Below the pieces are notes generated by a model. It saw only the letters and a program-made list of their open reading frames with translations. It was not told the origin of the DNA and did no database searches. From a virus (Duplodnaviria > Caudoviricetes): a DNA stretch of 59,056 bases. The stretch spans positions 1 to 59,056 of IMG/VR virus record IMGVR_UViG_3300043395_003306. One strand, given 5' to 3'. This document shows, piece after piece, positions 45,353 to 55,447 of this stretch (positions are counted from its first letter, which is position 1; each line of letters begins with the position of its first letter). The position numbers and the translations under genes were made by a program.

Positions 45353-48300
45353 TCACGAAGTCGGACTGTCTACGGCAACTTTTATGTGCTCTCCGTACTC
45401 CTTAACTCCGCTTCCTACAGGACCCGGGACGTAGCACGTAGTTCTGTTGCTCCCGTTGTGGTCGATGACAGTTCCGATGGAATCCTCTGAGCGAGTAAGA
45501 ACAAGACGGCGGTCAAGATCGTGGGCCACCGCGTATAGATACAGAGGGTGCGGGTAGTTCTTGATTGAGTAAGACGCTAATACTGACTCAATTGCCGAAA
45601 GGCGCAGTATTGAGGTCGGCGGCAATCCCGTGATGTACTGCTGGATTGCCTCTTCGGCCAAAGACGCGTCTGCCTCAATCGAGTTGGCTACCGTCGCACC
45701 CACAGACATTGAGATGTACGAGGGCATAAAAGCACGCGCCAGCGGATTGGCGCACAGAATACGGTCTGCCGAGCTGTTGAGCAGCTGCTGTACCTGGACA
45801 GTTGCGGACGAGTACTCGTACTCAACAAGAAGTCGGCGACCCAGTAGCAATAGGCGATTCTCTACCGCGTCGTCTCTGCCAATTGGCAGAAGACTATTGC
45901 TAAACGTCACTTCTGTTTGCTCTTGAGAAGAGAACGTATGGCGCGTATTTGCAGTGCTAAAGAAGTAACCGTCGGCCGTGTACGTCCCAAAGACGGGCTC
46001 TAGTCGCGTTCCACGACTGATGTTGTTGAGGTCTTGCGAGTCTAAAGAGTGCGCCACTACGTCAAAGTAGAAGTACGCTGCCTCTTTTTGTGTAGCCATT
46101 GTTGTAGACGAAATGTGCTGAGAGCTGTTACGCACAAAACCACAGGGCTGGCGGAACCCTACTCGCGGGGCACGCGCTACAGCCTCCGCATGATCCTCCA
46201 TACCGTTACTGGTGGGGGGATCCGCGATGGAGACCAACACAGAACAGGCAGCTGCGTCAAGAGACCGCTCTACGGAGATAACAGGCCACTCTTTTGGTCG
46301 TCCGGAGTAGATACGGAAGGGCCGCACTCCCACAAACTCCGTAGCGTTCCCCAGCTCTGATGCCGCAGGTGCTGTTGTGGGGGCGCGGACAATTGCCCAG
46401 TGCAAGCCCATTTCTGCGTGCAGGAACTCCGCGTCTGCTAGAGTAATTTGGTACCCACCAGATACCGCCGTAATGGCTGTGATTTCATAGCTGCCGGAGG
46501 TTGATAGGAAGTTTGAGCCCCACACGGTCAGGTACTTACCAATGTAGCTACTGCCCAGAGTGCCGCTGGCGTCTGAAACAACGACCTGGGCTGCGGTAGC
46601 TGGGTCTGTCTGACAAGCGTTGCCAGACATGAACACGGTACCGCTGCTTGCCGTTAGGGCGCGGTCAAGGACCAGTTCTGTCGCGGAGAGCCGGCTACTA
46701 ATTCGGTACACCCCGGCGTCGTCACCTTCTTCAATGTAAAGAAGGTCCCCAACCTGAACCACATCGTTAGAGTCAAACGTGTCGGTGTCTTCCCAAATTG
46801 GAGGGGTGACAAACGTAAACTCTGGCGCCGTGACGGAAGGAAGACGGACAGTGGAGGACCCCGCAGTTGTAATTAGTGCAGGAAGCCGCTCAAATACGAC
46901 GTCTGGAGTTGCGTCCTCTGCCGTTTTTAATAGCATGAACTTTTGCTCATGCAGTTGGAATAGATCCCCTTGGGTCAGTCCACGGTAGAACCAAGACTCG
47001 CCTTCCTGCTCTGTAAAGGATAGCCGAAGCGCCGTTGCTCCTGTGTATTCTGTAGGAATACGGCAGTCTCGATAGAGGTTCGGAGGCCCGCCACCATTAT
47101 CGGCTTCCTGCTCGCTGGGAAATAGGCGAACCGGGGGCAGATCTGCTGACGCAGTAAACAGCAGCTGCTCGGCCCCAACCGGAACTGAAAACAACGTAGG
47201 AGCGGCGGGACTATGGATCTCGGTAACTACCGTTCCGGCGGTGGATGTACCAAAAGCAGCCCCATCAGAAAGTTCCGGAACAACTCCAGCAGCTGCAAAA
47301 TCTGTTTTGTCCACAAGAAGGCTTATGTCATTACCCGTACGCACAGACGTAAAAATTAGATTGCTGCTGTCGCCCGTAATTACGACAAATTCCGCATCTG
47401 CGTCAATCTGCTCCTGCATCAGGGCTGCTAGTTCACTTGCCGTCTTAGTGAGGTCGTCGGGTGCTGCGGTAAACACGCCGCGTACCCGCTCGTAGTTGTC
47501 ACGGACCTCAACTACAAACTCCTCCGCGTCTGTACCGGGAGAGGCCGGCGTGTAGGCAAGCGTCAGAACTGCCGCCGTTAGCGTGGGGTCGTCGTAGGTA
47601 AGACGCTTACATGGGCGGGGCCCGAATACCGTTACTGACGTAGGCTCTTGGAAGTACAGCCGGATTTTTTGATCGGCAGTTCGGCGTCCTACTCGGTACT
47701 CCGTAAAGAGCATCTGCCACAGGGCCCTGAGCGTCTTTGCGGGATCTAGCTTAAAGGTCTCGGGGAGATCAAAACCCATTGAGTCTAGGAACCGGAAAAG
47801 CCAAGACAGGAACTGGCCGATCCATTCCCAGGGAGAGACCCCAGTAGTTACTGGAAGGCCACTTACCGACTCTGTGACTGCGGCGTACCCATCAAAGTCC
47901 CCAGGCACTGGTAAAGACGCCAAATCGGGAATGCCGTCAGCAAAGAAAGAGGCGAGATCGCCAAACAACTCTACTGGGAATTCTCCGTCAATAACTACGG
48001 CAGTTACTGGGTAAAACTTTGAGATATCTGCGGTGCCCTCTACGATTGAGTAGGCAGTCCCTACGCGGTACTTGTGTACCGCATGGATAGAGTACTGGCC
48101 CTCATTTGCACCTGCAAGAAGAGACACAACATCACCCGGCTTCGCAAGTGACAGTGCCGGGGGTGCACTAATCAGCTGGCCTGTTGTGTACTTGCTGACT
48201 GCCTCTGCAAAGGTATCTGTAGTAGCAAGCAGCGCCTCCCAATCAAACTCGGGAAGCGCAACAAGCACGTTGTTGCAGCCGTCAAACATCTCGCCTGGCA

Positions 48301-51300
48301 GGCAGATCTCAAACTGCAAAAGCGGCTCAACAAGAGTTGTGACCGTGGCATCAACGGTGGTAGCACTAGAGGTGACAACGTCTCCAGTTGCTAATGCCCC
48401 TCCCGTTGTTCCGGATACGGTAAATCTTCCGCGAACCCCCGTTATGAGTGCGGCCGCTCCCGAGGTCTGCCCAACAATCGTTGCCGACGGGTCGACCTCA
48501 AAGCTCTGTGCGCCTGGACCCGTAATATTGGTGAGCCTTAACGTAGTAGGAGACGTGATCTGCACCGTAGCGCCCATCTCGCTAGCAGTGCCGTCAAACT
48601 GAATAACGGTCTCGCCGTCTGTAAACAGCGAGGCATCGGCGACAACTAGTTCTTGCTCAATATCTGAGATGGTGGTGCTTACCCCACCAGAGGTAGTAAG
48701 CGTCTCCCCGGTACGGAAGGTTCCTTGCGTACTTTCGAACTCGATTGCATCTACAGGAGCACCAAACGTAATTGGTGTCAGACCGTGCACGAAGGCTTTG
48801 GCGTCTGCTCCAATGTTAAACTGATCAACTACGTTTAGCAGCCAGTTTTGCATGTTACGGAAAAACTCCGTAACAGCCACGGGCATGTTGGAGTTTAGGT
48901 AGAACTGCCCGTTTGCCATCAACGTAACGACGGCAATATACCCGTCACACGGCAGGCACTCATCGGAGTAACAGGCAAGTGCTTCAGGGAACTCATCTCG
49001 ACTGGCCGTTAAGTCTCCAGAAGGAGTCCATTCCGTTCCCGGGTCGGGAAGCACAAACGCGTTTCTGCCAATAGCTAGTTCTTTTGCACCCGAGAAGTCC
49101 CCAAGAGAGTACGCACCCAATGGAAGCGCGTAGGGAACGACAATCCCTGAATCTTGAGAAGAGGAGTCCAGAAGGCGTACACCGCCGGGCTTAATACGCA
49201 CAAACGGACGCTGGACGCCCGTTGAGGTGCGGTAGATCTCGTACTCAAGGTTTGAGTTCGTGGCACTCATTGTTGAGTTGAGAATTGGGGCCTGACCGCC
49301 CATTGTGGGGTCAAAGCCGGCAATCGTGTAAATGCCGGCGTCGTTGCCTGATAGGATTCGGAGTGTGTCGTTGACTTCAACACCAAACTGCTGAACATCA
49401 ATTCCAACGCGTACTTTTGCAGAGCCTACAGAAGTAAACAGGTCGTTGCATAGTGCGTCGGCAAAAGGCAGTAGCCGATTCTTTGGCTGAAACAGGTCAA
49501 CAGTCGCCGACGACAGGACTTGAAAATGCAGCCCTTCCTCGGACTCTGTTAGGTCCGTGTCTAGGTAGACATTCTCCCCGTCTACCTCAAGAATTCGATA
49601 CGCCCCAACATCTGCGCCAGTAAGCACAGAGATGACCATTCCCGGGGTGACCCCAAGGGATTCAAGGTCTGAAGAGACGTAGGTAATTGTCCCGCCCGCC
49701 GTGCCGGCAGAGTTAAGGATTCTCTCACCGACAAGGAAACGCCCGCTCAGTCCCGTAAGTGTCACTGTGCCGGTAGTAGAGATGATTGCGGCAGTAGCCA
49801 CCGTAGCGGTAGCCCCACTGTCTTCTCCAACAACCGCCGTTCCCGGGGTAAAGATTGTAGACGTTGAGGTAAAACCCTCAGTAAATGAAACGGCGTAGGC
49901 TACGTTTACAACGTTTCGATCTGTAGAATCCGCACCGTGTGTGATTAGGTGACGACCTTCGACTTCGGTTGTTACGGAAGACAGATCTGCAAAGTACGCA
50001 GTATTTGACTGGTCGATAGAATCCCGTACCCAGACATCGTAGTGACCGCCGATGTGTACCTGATTATCAAGTACCTCGATTGTATTATTGGTGTCCGTAG
50101 GCTGCTGAATCCCACCAGGGATATCGGAAATGGTAATTCTGGAATCAGAGCGCACAACGCAGAATACGCCCGGCAGCATCCCAGGCAGCATCCCCAGTGT
50201 GCTGCTATCTGGTGAGGGCGGCTCCGAGAGGCGGAACAACAAAATTGAGGGAATGTCGGGTAGAGTTTCCCGAGAATCAAACACGATCTCGCGTACGGTA
50301 AACTCTTCGTTACGCTCATTCTGCGGAAGATTGTAGAGTAGGTTCCAGTAGTTAAGCGCAACTACGTCGCCTACCTTGATCTTTGTAGTCCCCGAACGCC
50401 CTCGATCCTCAAACTGCGACAGCAGTAGACAGAACTGCCCTACGATAAAACAGGTGCCGGCGGCAACCACATGTCCGTCCGATGTGCCTGTAATCACATC
50501 TCTCTGCATTTCTGGGTCGCCGTAGCCGACGACCTCTACTGAGCGAATAGTCGGAAACTGCGTTTGAATACGTGTAACAATCCCACGACGCGTATTTAGG
50601 CTGCGCTCTGTGAGGCTGGTACGTACGCGACTAAGCAGCTCTACGTTTGTCTCGCGGGCTGTGCCGCCGGAGAAGGCAAACAAGTTTGTAAACTTGGTGT
50701 ACCCTGTCAGGCTTGTAACGGATGTGAGAGATCCGGCTGGAATGTTGTACGACTGTCCCTGGGTTTCTGCAACAACCTGCACATCTACGTAGTAGTAGTT
50801 GCCGCTTCGCTGAAGAAGTAGCGTTGCTGCTGAGAAGGTCTGGGCAGAAGACGGACGGAAGTTTAGGCCCGAAGAGGTAGAAAACCGAACGGTTGTCGGG
50901 ATGTAAACCTGTACGGGATTTGAGTAGTAAACCCGTACAACTCCGTAAGCAAAATTCCCACTTCTACGCGTAACAAAGAAGTTTGCAGCAAGGGCATCCG
51001 CGTCCTCCTCTCGCATAGTTGCGGCGTTATTTACAGACTGCCCTAACTTAACAAGGGAGACTTCACGCTTTAGTGCTTCCAGAAGTAGGCTTAGTGGATT
51101 GATAAGAAGGTCAACAATTGCATCGCCGTCTTCCGCCGACACGCTAGGGTATTCTTGGCGGAGCCGTGTCTTGAGGAACTCTGCAATATCCGTATCAATC
51201 GGGTCGGTGCCGAGATACTCTGCAACGGGGGCAACAACAGTCTCGTAGAGCGAAGAGCCCGCAGAAACGGAGCGCCCAGCGTAGTAGGCCTCAAGACGCT

Positions 51301-51340
51301 CTACAAGAAGGTCCTTAACGCGATCAGCTTGGATTCCCAT
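45353..51340 (-). CDS. Baseplate J/gp6-like wedge protein, greatly expanded (1995 aa)
   Basis: DALAANFFVTRRSG...VAETQGQSYNIPAG...FSGGTARETNVELLSR...EVVGYGDPEMQRD is the baseplate-J pattern. Confidence 0.8.
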   Translation of the reverse strand: MGIQADRVKDLLVERLEAYYAGRSVSAGSSLYETVVAPVAEYLGTDPIDTDIAEFLKTRLRQEYPSVSAEDGDAIVDLLINPLSLLLEALKREVSLVKLGQSVNNAATMREEDADALAANFFVTRRSGNFAYGVVRVYYSNPVQVYIPTTVRFSTSSGLNFRPSSAQTFSAATLLLQRSGNYYYVDVQVVAETQGQSYNIPAGSLTSVTSLTGYTKFTNLFAFSGGTARETNVELLSRVRTSLTERSLNTRRGIVTRIQTQFPTIRSVEVVGYGDPEMQRDVITGTSDGHVVAAGTCFIVGQFCLLLSQFEDRGRSGTTKIKVGDVVALNYWNLLYNLPQNERNEEFTVREIVFDSRETLPDIPSILLFRLSEPPSPDSSTLGMLPGMLPGVFCVVRSDSRITISDIPGGIQQPTDTNNTIEVLDNQVHIGGHYDVWVRDSIDQSNTAYFADLSSVTTEVEGRHLITHGADSTDRNVVNVAYAVSFTEGFTSTSTIFTPGTAVVGEDSGATATVATAAIISTTGTVTLTGLSGRFLVGERILNSAGTAGGTITYVSSDLESLGVTPGMVISVLTGADVGAYRILEVDGENVYLDTDLTESEEGLHFQVLSSATVDLFQPKNRLLPFADALCNDLFTSVGSAKVRVGIDVQQFGVEVNDTLRILSGNDAGIYTIAGFDPTMGGQAPILNSTMSATNSNLEYEIYRTSTGVQRPFVRIKPGGVRLLDSSSQDSGIVVPYALPLGAYSLGDFSGAKELAIGRNAFVLPDPGTEWTPSGDLTASRDEFPEALACYSDECLPCDGYIAVVTLMANGQFYLNSNMPVAVTEFFRNMQNWLLNVVDQFNIGADAKAFVHGLTPITFGAPVDAIEFESTQGTFRTGETLTTSGGVSTTISDIEQELVVADASLFTDGETVIQFDGTASEMGATVQITSPTTLRLTNITGPGAQSFEVDPSATIVGQTSGAAALITGVRGRFTVSGTTGGALATGDVVTSSATTVDATVTTLVEPLLQFEICLPGEMFDGCNNVLVALPEFDWEALLATTDTFAEAVSKYTTGQLISAPPALSLAKPGDVVSLLAGANEGQYSIHAVHKYRVGTAYSIVEGTADISKFYPVTAVVIDGEFPVELFGDLASFFADGIPDLASLPVPGDFDGYAAVTESVSGLPVTTGVSPWEWIGQFLSWLFRFLDSMGFDLPETFKLDPAKTLRALWQMLFTEYRVGRRTADQKIRLYFQEPTSVTVFGPRPCKRLTYDDPTLTAAVLTLAYTPASPGTDAEEFVVEVRDNYERVRGVFTAAPDDLTKTASELAALMQEQIDADAEFVVITGDSSNLIFTSVRTGNDISLLVDKTDFAAAGVVPELSDGAAFGTSTAGTVVTEIHSPAAPTLFSVPVGAEQLLFTASADLPPVRLFPSEQEADNGGGPPNLYRDCRIPTEYTGATALRLSFTEQEGESWFYRGLTQGDLFQLHEQKFMLLKTAEDATPDVVFERLPALITTAGSSTVRLPSVTAPEFTFVTPPIWEDTDTFDSNDVVQVGDLLYIEEGDDAGVYRISSRLSATELVLDRALTASSGTVFMSGNACQTDPATAAQVVVSDASGTLGSSYIGKYLTVWGSNFLSTSGSYEITAITAVSGGYQITLADAEFLHAEMGLHWAIVRAPTTAPAASELGNATEFVGVRPFRIYSGRPKEWPVISVERSLDAAACSVLVSIADPPTSNGMEDHAEAVARAPRVGFRQPCGFVRNSSQHISSTTMATQKEAAYFYFDVVAHSLDSQDLNNISRGTRLEPVFGTYTADGYFFSTANTRHTFSSQEQTEVTFSNSLLPIGRDDAVENRLLLLGRRLLVEYEYSSATVQVQQLLNSSADRILCANPLARAFMPSYISMSVGATVANSIEADASLAEEAIQQYITGLPPTSILRLSAIESVLASYSIKNYPHPLYLYAVAHDLDRRLVLTRSEDSIGTVIDHNGSNRTTCYVPGPVGSGVKEYGEHIKVAVDSPTS

Positions 51341-51984
51341 CAGAGCGCCACTCCCGTTGTTACTCGGCTACCGTTCTGCGCAGTAACTGCTATCCGAACG
51401 CGTAGCGAGCTGCTGTCGATGTCTGCATCTACCGACAAAACCTGGATGCTGCGTAGCCGCTCGCTGTCGGGAATTCTTGAAGCGGCGGCGGCATGGATTG
51501 CCAGAAGCTGGTTTTCCGTGTTGGCAATTGCTTGACGCACGCGTGCCTCAACTCCGCTTGAGGTATTAAACGGAGTTCCGGTAATCCGCGTCAGTCCGCC
51601 CCCAAGTGAGGGAGAAAAGATGTTGGTACCCGGCGTTGTCAGCAGTACCTTGATGACTGTCTGCATCAGCCTACCCGGCCCAGAGACGTAGCCCTGGCCG
51701 CCACCTACGCTAAGAACAACGCCGCTCTCCTGCCCGGATGCAGCGGCGAGAAGCAAAACGCGTAGGTCGGTTACGATATCTCCGCGCACTTGAGAGGGTA
51801 CTTCCGCAAAAATACGGGTAGTAGACTCTACAATAAACGCCGGAGAGCGGTAGCCGTTGATAAGGACGTCTGCTACGTCCGTAAACCCGGTACCGCGTAG
51901 CTCAAGAAACTCACCACCCTCTCCCTCTCTGTAAGAAGTGGGAAGGGTGATTCCTTGGTAGGATATGGCGCGGAAGTCGATCAC
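51340..51984 (-). CDS. gp25/GpW-like baseplate protein with N-terminal IPT/TIG-like domain (214 aa)
   Basis: LRGTGFTDVADVLING (IPT-like); SGPGRLMQTVIKVLLTTPGTNIFSPSLGGGL (gp25-like). Confidence 0.75.
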   Translation of the reverse strand: MIDFRAISYQGITLPTSYREGEGGEFLELRGTGFTDVADVLINGYRSPAFIVESTTRIFAEVPSQVRGDIVTDLRVLLLAAASGQESGVVLSVGGGQGYVSGPGRLMQTVIKVLLTTPGTNIFSPSLGGGLTRITGTPFNTSSGVEARVRQAIANTENQLLAIHAAAASRIPDSERLRSIQVLSVDADIDSSSLRVRIAVTAQNGSRVTTGVAL

Positions 51985-51999
51985 GGCTCGTATTGTACC

Positions 52000-52284
52000 T
52001 CAAGCTTCCGAGATGAACGCAAAGTCATCCATCAGTTGCCCGTTTTCAGTAAAAATAAGTGCTGCGGCCCGTTCTAAACGTTGAATACGTCCCTTACCCG
52101 CCGCAGCCGTTTGTGTGACAGTCCCAGTATCAAAGTCTACGACGTTAGAATCTATCTCGCGAATTGCAGCTAAAATTCGGTTGGACAGTGAAAACCGGTA
52201 TAGCGCCGAGGCAGTAGGAGATAGCTCTTCAATTGCCAGAAGCCCCATTACTGCCTGTTGCTGTGGGGTAGGGTAAGCGCGCAC
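52000..52284 (-). CDS. Hypothetical protein (94 aa)
   Basis: GAGG SD, coupled overlap. Confidence 0.6.
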   Translation of the reverse strand: MRAYPTPQQQAVMGLLAIEELSPTASALYRFSLSNRILAAIREIDSNVVDFDTGTVTQTAAAGKGRIQRLERAAALIFTENGQLMDDFAFISEA

Positions 52285-53627
52285 TATGCACCTCTCGTAC
52301 TTAGTTGGAAATACGAAGCCGCTCTTTGATTCTCAGCGAGATCTGTAAGAAACAAAAGATCTCCCTGTAGGAATCTCACAACGGAAAACCCAAGGCTCTC
52401 TTCCTCAAGAAGCTGCCTACAACGCTTAGTTGCTTCTTTTGTCTGAGAAGATACCGGCGGATTGTATGACTTAAGCGTAGTAGTGAGCGGCGTTCTGAGT
52501 ACGACCTCAAAAGTCCCAGTGCGCTCAAAGACTTCCTGAGCCGCAACACTAACACCGGTTAGGTCAGACTGAATCTGCGCCAGTGTTCGCAGTATTTCCT
52601 TGATTGTTGTTACCGAAGAAAACGACGAAAGCTTGTCCAAGAGGGCTTTATCTGGGTCCGGTGCAACGTCTAGGAACGCACTACAGGTACTTTGGAACGT
52701 ACGCAACATGGGGTATGGGGCGGGCACAATCTCAAAGGACTCAGCTACAACGGGCGCTGCCAGCGTCACGCTATCGGCCAGCACAGCCGTAATTGTCGTT
52801 GTACCTCCTGCCCAAGAAACAAGGTCACCCGCCCTAATGTAGCACAAAGCGGGGGAACCCTTGGTCCAGGTTATTGATGCCCCAGACAGAGAAAACTCCG
52901 CGTCCTCCGGTACAAATTTCTGTCGGTACGCGGCGCGCAACGAAAGGGACGGTACGCGGTTGGTGACCAACAGGAAAGAGGCAGCGGCAGCTGTCTGCAC
53001 AGTAAACTGGGCAGCCCTCCCGGCGCCGTACACAGTTTCGGAAGCAGTATTTGCCTTTGTCACTGCATCTTCAACGGCCAGTTTACGGATGGGTTCAAAG
53101 TCTGGAGAAGCGTCCGCAAGCAGGGAAACGGAGGATTGAAGGTCGAAGTACTTAGGCATGAACTCCGACAATACCTGAAAGTACTTTCCCTGCGCTTCTA
53201 CGCCCCGCTCAGACAGCCTGCGGCCGACCCTAGTCGACCCAGCAGCGATAGATGCTCGGCGAGAAAGGGCTCTTTGGTACTCTTTCACCGACTCTACAGA
53301 CGTGCCCTCGCGTACGTGTGCGGGGATCTCAGGAAGCGTAGGTGCTGGGGAGCTGGCAAACATTGCCCCCTCTGCGTACGCAACTAGTTGGTCAATTAGC
53401 TGAGATAGCTCCGTAGCTGCTCCAAAAGCCCGGTTGCTCCCTAGATAGATCTGGTAAAAGACACAGTCAGGGTCTGCGATAAACGTCTTTGCAATCTGCT
53501 TGCGGACGCCATCCCAACGAGCTGAGAACGACGTTATTCCCGTAGCTCGCTCTTTCTGTGCGCCAACAGCCCCTGCTGATGCTGACGATGCCCAGGATTG
53601 CTTTGTGTCGGTATTGAAGATGGACAT
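52284..53627 (-). CDS. Putative structural protein (447 aa)
   Basis: In the baseplate operon; one IRAGDLV...TITAV module. Confidence 0.65.
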   Translation of the reverse strand: MSIFNTDTKQSWASSASAGAVGAQKERATGITSFSARWDGVRKQIAKTFIADPDCVFYQIYLGSNRAFGAATELSQLIDQLVAYAEGAMFASSPAPTLPEIPAHVREGTSVESVKEYQRALSRRASIAAGSTRVGRRLSERGVEAQGKYFQVLSEFMPKYFDLQSSVSLLADASPDFEPIRKLAVEDAVTKANTASETVYGAGRAAQFTVQTAAAASFLLVTNRVPSLSLRAAYRQKFVPEDAEFSLSGASITWTKGSPALCYIRAGDLVSWAGGTTTITAVLADSVTLAAPVVAESFEIVPAPYPMLRTFQSTCSAFLDVAPDPDKALLDKLSSFSSVTTIKEILRTLAQIQSDLTGVSVAAQEVFERTGTFEVVLRTPLTTTLKSYNPPVSSQTKEATKRCRQLLEEESLGFSVVRFLQGDLLFLTDLAENQRAASYFQLSTRGA

Positions 53628-53629
53628 GG

Positions 53630-53863
53630 CTATCTCTTTAACCGATCGCGGACTGCGTCGGGATCGAGGTCTAAAACCTCACAGACGTAAGAAAAAGAAC
53701 CTACGCCTCGATACTCCGTACAACGCACCCACTGCCTAGCGTCTTTCCTGTACGCCAGGCTCTCTTTGTTGTTACCCGCGTACCTATAGTCGTCTACGGC
53801 GCGCGCGAGTACGGCAGCCCAGAGAGCCTTTGCAGCATCGGGGTCTACCCTTGACGCTGACAA
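53630..53863 (-). CDS. Small hypothetical protein (77 aa)
   Basis: LWAAVLARAVDDY...ARQW...SFSYVCEVLDLDPDAVR resembles a small uncharacterised phage/bacterial family. Confidence 0.7.
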   Translation of the reverse strand: MSASRVDPDAAKALWAAVLARAVDDYRYAGNNKESLAYRKDARQWVRCTEYRGVGSFSYVCEVLDLDPDAVRDRLKR

Positions 53864-53864
53864 T

Positions 53865-54767
53865 TTACGTCACTGTGATTGTACAAGAGACGCTCAGCAG
53901 GGGATCTACCGGCTGTCGGAGCGCAAACACATCTGGCTTTTCCGCAACCGTCAATGTGGTTGACCCCGGAGCAATACCGCGTATCGTAAGCATATTGTCC
54001 TGTATTAAGTACGAGGCAACTGACGTATCCGCGATAGAGGTCTGCACGTAAGTCCCGAGGACCTCGGAATCTCCGTTGTCTAGCGTGTAGGGCAGGGTGA
54101 CGCGGGTTGTGAGAGTTGCTGTGATCTCTACATCTGCGGTGCCGTCCACGGACAGGTTGACTGTATCTTCCGACAACTCTAAGGCAGCAAGCTCGGGGAA
54201 CAGCAGCTCAGAGATGTCCGCACTTCCGTAATCGGGAATTACGATGCGGTAGGTGGTGTCGTCGGTTCCAGACGCCCAAGCCTCGTACACGCCGTTTCGC
54301 ACCAAGTGAATATCGATATACCCCTCGCTATTAGTCGTCGTGTAGACCTTTGAGGGAAGCATGGCTCTGCCGCCTACGACGCGCGGCCTACCCGTCAACA
54401 TGAAGTAGAGGGTCACGTTACCGCTGGGCGTTCCTGCCGCATTTAGGAGGTACCCGGTTACGCGGCAGAGGTTGGGATCCGTAGAGCCCGGGTACGTCGT
54501 GAGATCGTGCCCCACGGCGTCAAACGAATTCAGAAGTGCGCTGTCTACGTTGATGGTGCAGCGCGAGTCAAAGGCGTACCCAACCTTAAAGAACCGAACC
54601 CAGTATACCTCGTCTTCGGGGAGGTCCGTCGTTACTCGCCCGTCAACGTCGGTTGTTAGCTCGGTGATAAACGTGTCTCCGTCTTCTGAATAGATGCGCA
54701 CAAGCACATCTGCCAGGGGCGCAGGAGAGATGGCGTCGTCAACGACAACAAGAGTGACTTCGGTCAT
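53865..54767 (-). CDS. Virion protein with Ig-like/prealbumin-like domains (300 aa)
   Basis: PLADVLVRIY...TTDVDGRV; CRVTGYL; SIADTSVASY...IRGIAPGSTTLTV (Big_2-like). Confidence 0.7.
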   Translation of the reverse strand: MTEVTLVVVDDAISPAPLADVLVRIYSEDGDTFITELTTDVDGRVTTDLPEDEVYWVRFFKVGYAFDSRCTINVDSALLNSFDAVGHDLTTYPGSTDPNLCRVTGYLLNAAGTPSGNVTLYFMLTGRPRVVGGRAMLPSKVYTTTNSEGYIDIHLVRNGVYEAWASGTDDTTYRIVIPDYGSADISELLFPELAALELSEDTVNLSVDGTADVEITATLTTRVTLPYTLDNGDSEVLGTYVQTSIADTSVASYLIQDNMLTIRGIAPGSTTLTVAEKPDVFALRQPVDPLLSVSCTITVT

Positions 54768-55447
54768 GGAAGGCTCCTACGAATCAGCGGATTCGTATTT
54801 GCGACCTGAACCGCTAACGGGTCATCTGTGTCGCTGACAAGATCAAAGATATCTACCTCTGCCGCGTCTGGGATGGTGACTTGGCGAACCAGCCCCATGC
54901 CTGAGATAGCAATTGTGCCCGTCTGTCCCGGAAGTAGGTACATCTCAAGTAGCCCTTCGGAGTTTGTTTGCGCGGTGCTTTCTCGCGAAACAACTCCTAA
55001 AGGTACGACAGAGTTAGGGCCAAAGTTAGGCGTGAATCGAACGTGCACACCCACCTGATAGTCTCCGCGCGCGTCTAGGAACGTGCCAGTTACCTTGCAG
55101 GTGTTGGCATACCCAACGCCGGGTTCTTCTAGCTCGGACGCGTTTGACGCCGAAGTTACGCGTACCGCGGTAAATGACTCGGTGTTTGTAAACGAGCTGC
55201 CGTCTACGATAAACGTCCAAGTCAGGACGTAGCTACCTGGGTTTACGGGCGCCCAAGTAATGTAGTACGTTCCCGTGGCAGAATTAGTGACGGAACTACC
55301 ACTAAACGAGGCGACGGTAGCGCCCGTTTCCGTCGTGATTACGGCCGACGGAGTGCTGTCGGCATTGGTCGGGATATCGCCGTCAACTGTTGTGAGTGCG
55401 ATGGTTAGCGTGAACTGGCGCGTACGCCCAACGATAGTAGCCATCAC
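54764..55447 (-). CDS. Virion protein with Ig-like domains (227 aa)
   Basis: GTYYITWAPVNPGSYVLTWTF; the CKVTGTFLD unit resembles the neighbouring gene. Confidence 0.7.
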   Translation of the reverse strand: MMATIVGRTRQFTLTIALTTVDGDIPTNADSTPSAVITTETGATVASFSGSSVTNSATGTYYITWAPVNPGSYVLTWTFIVDGSSFTNTESFTAVRVTSASNASELEEPGVGYANTCKVTGTFLDARGDYQVGVHVRFTPNFGPNSVVPLGVVSRESTAQTNSEGLLEMYLLPGQTGTIAISGMGLVRQVTIPDAAEVDIFDLVSDTDDPLAVQVANTNPLIRRSLP

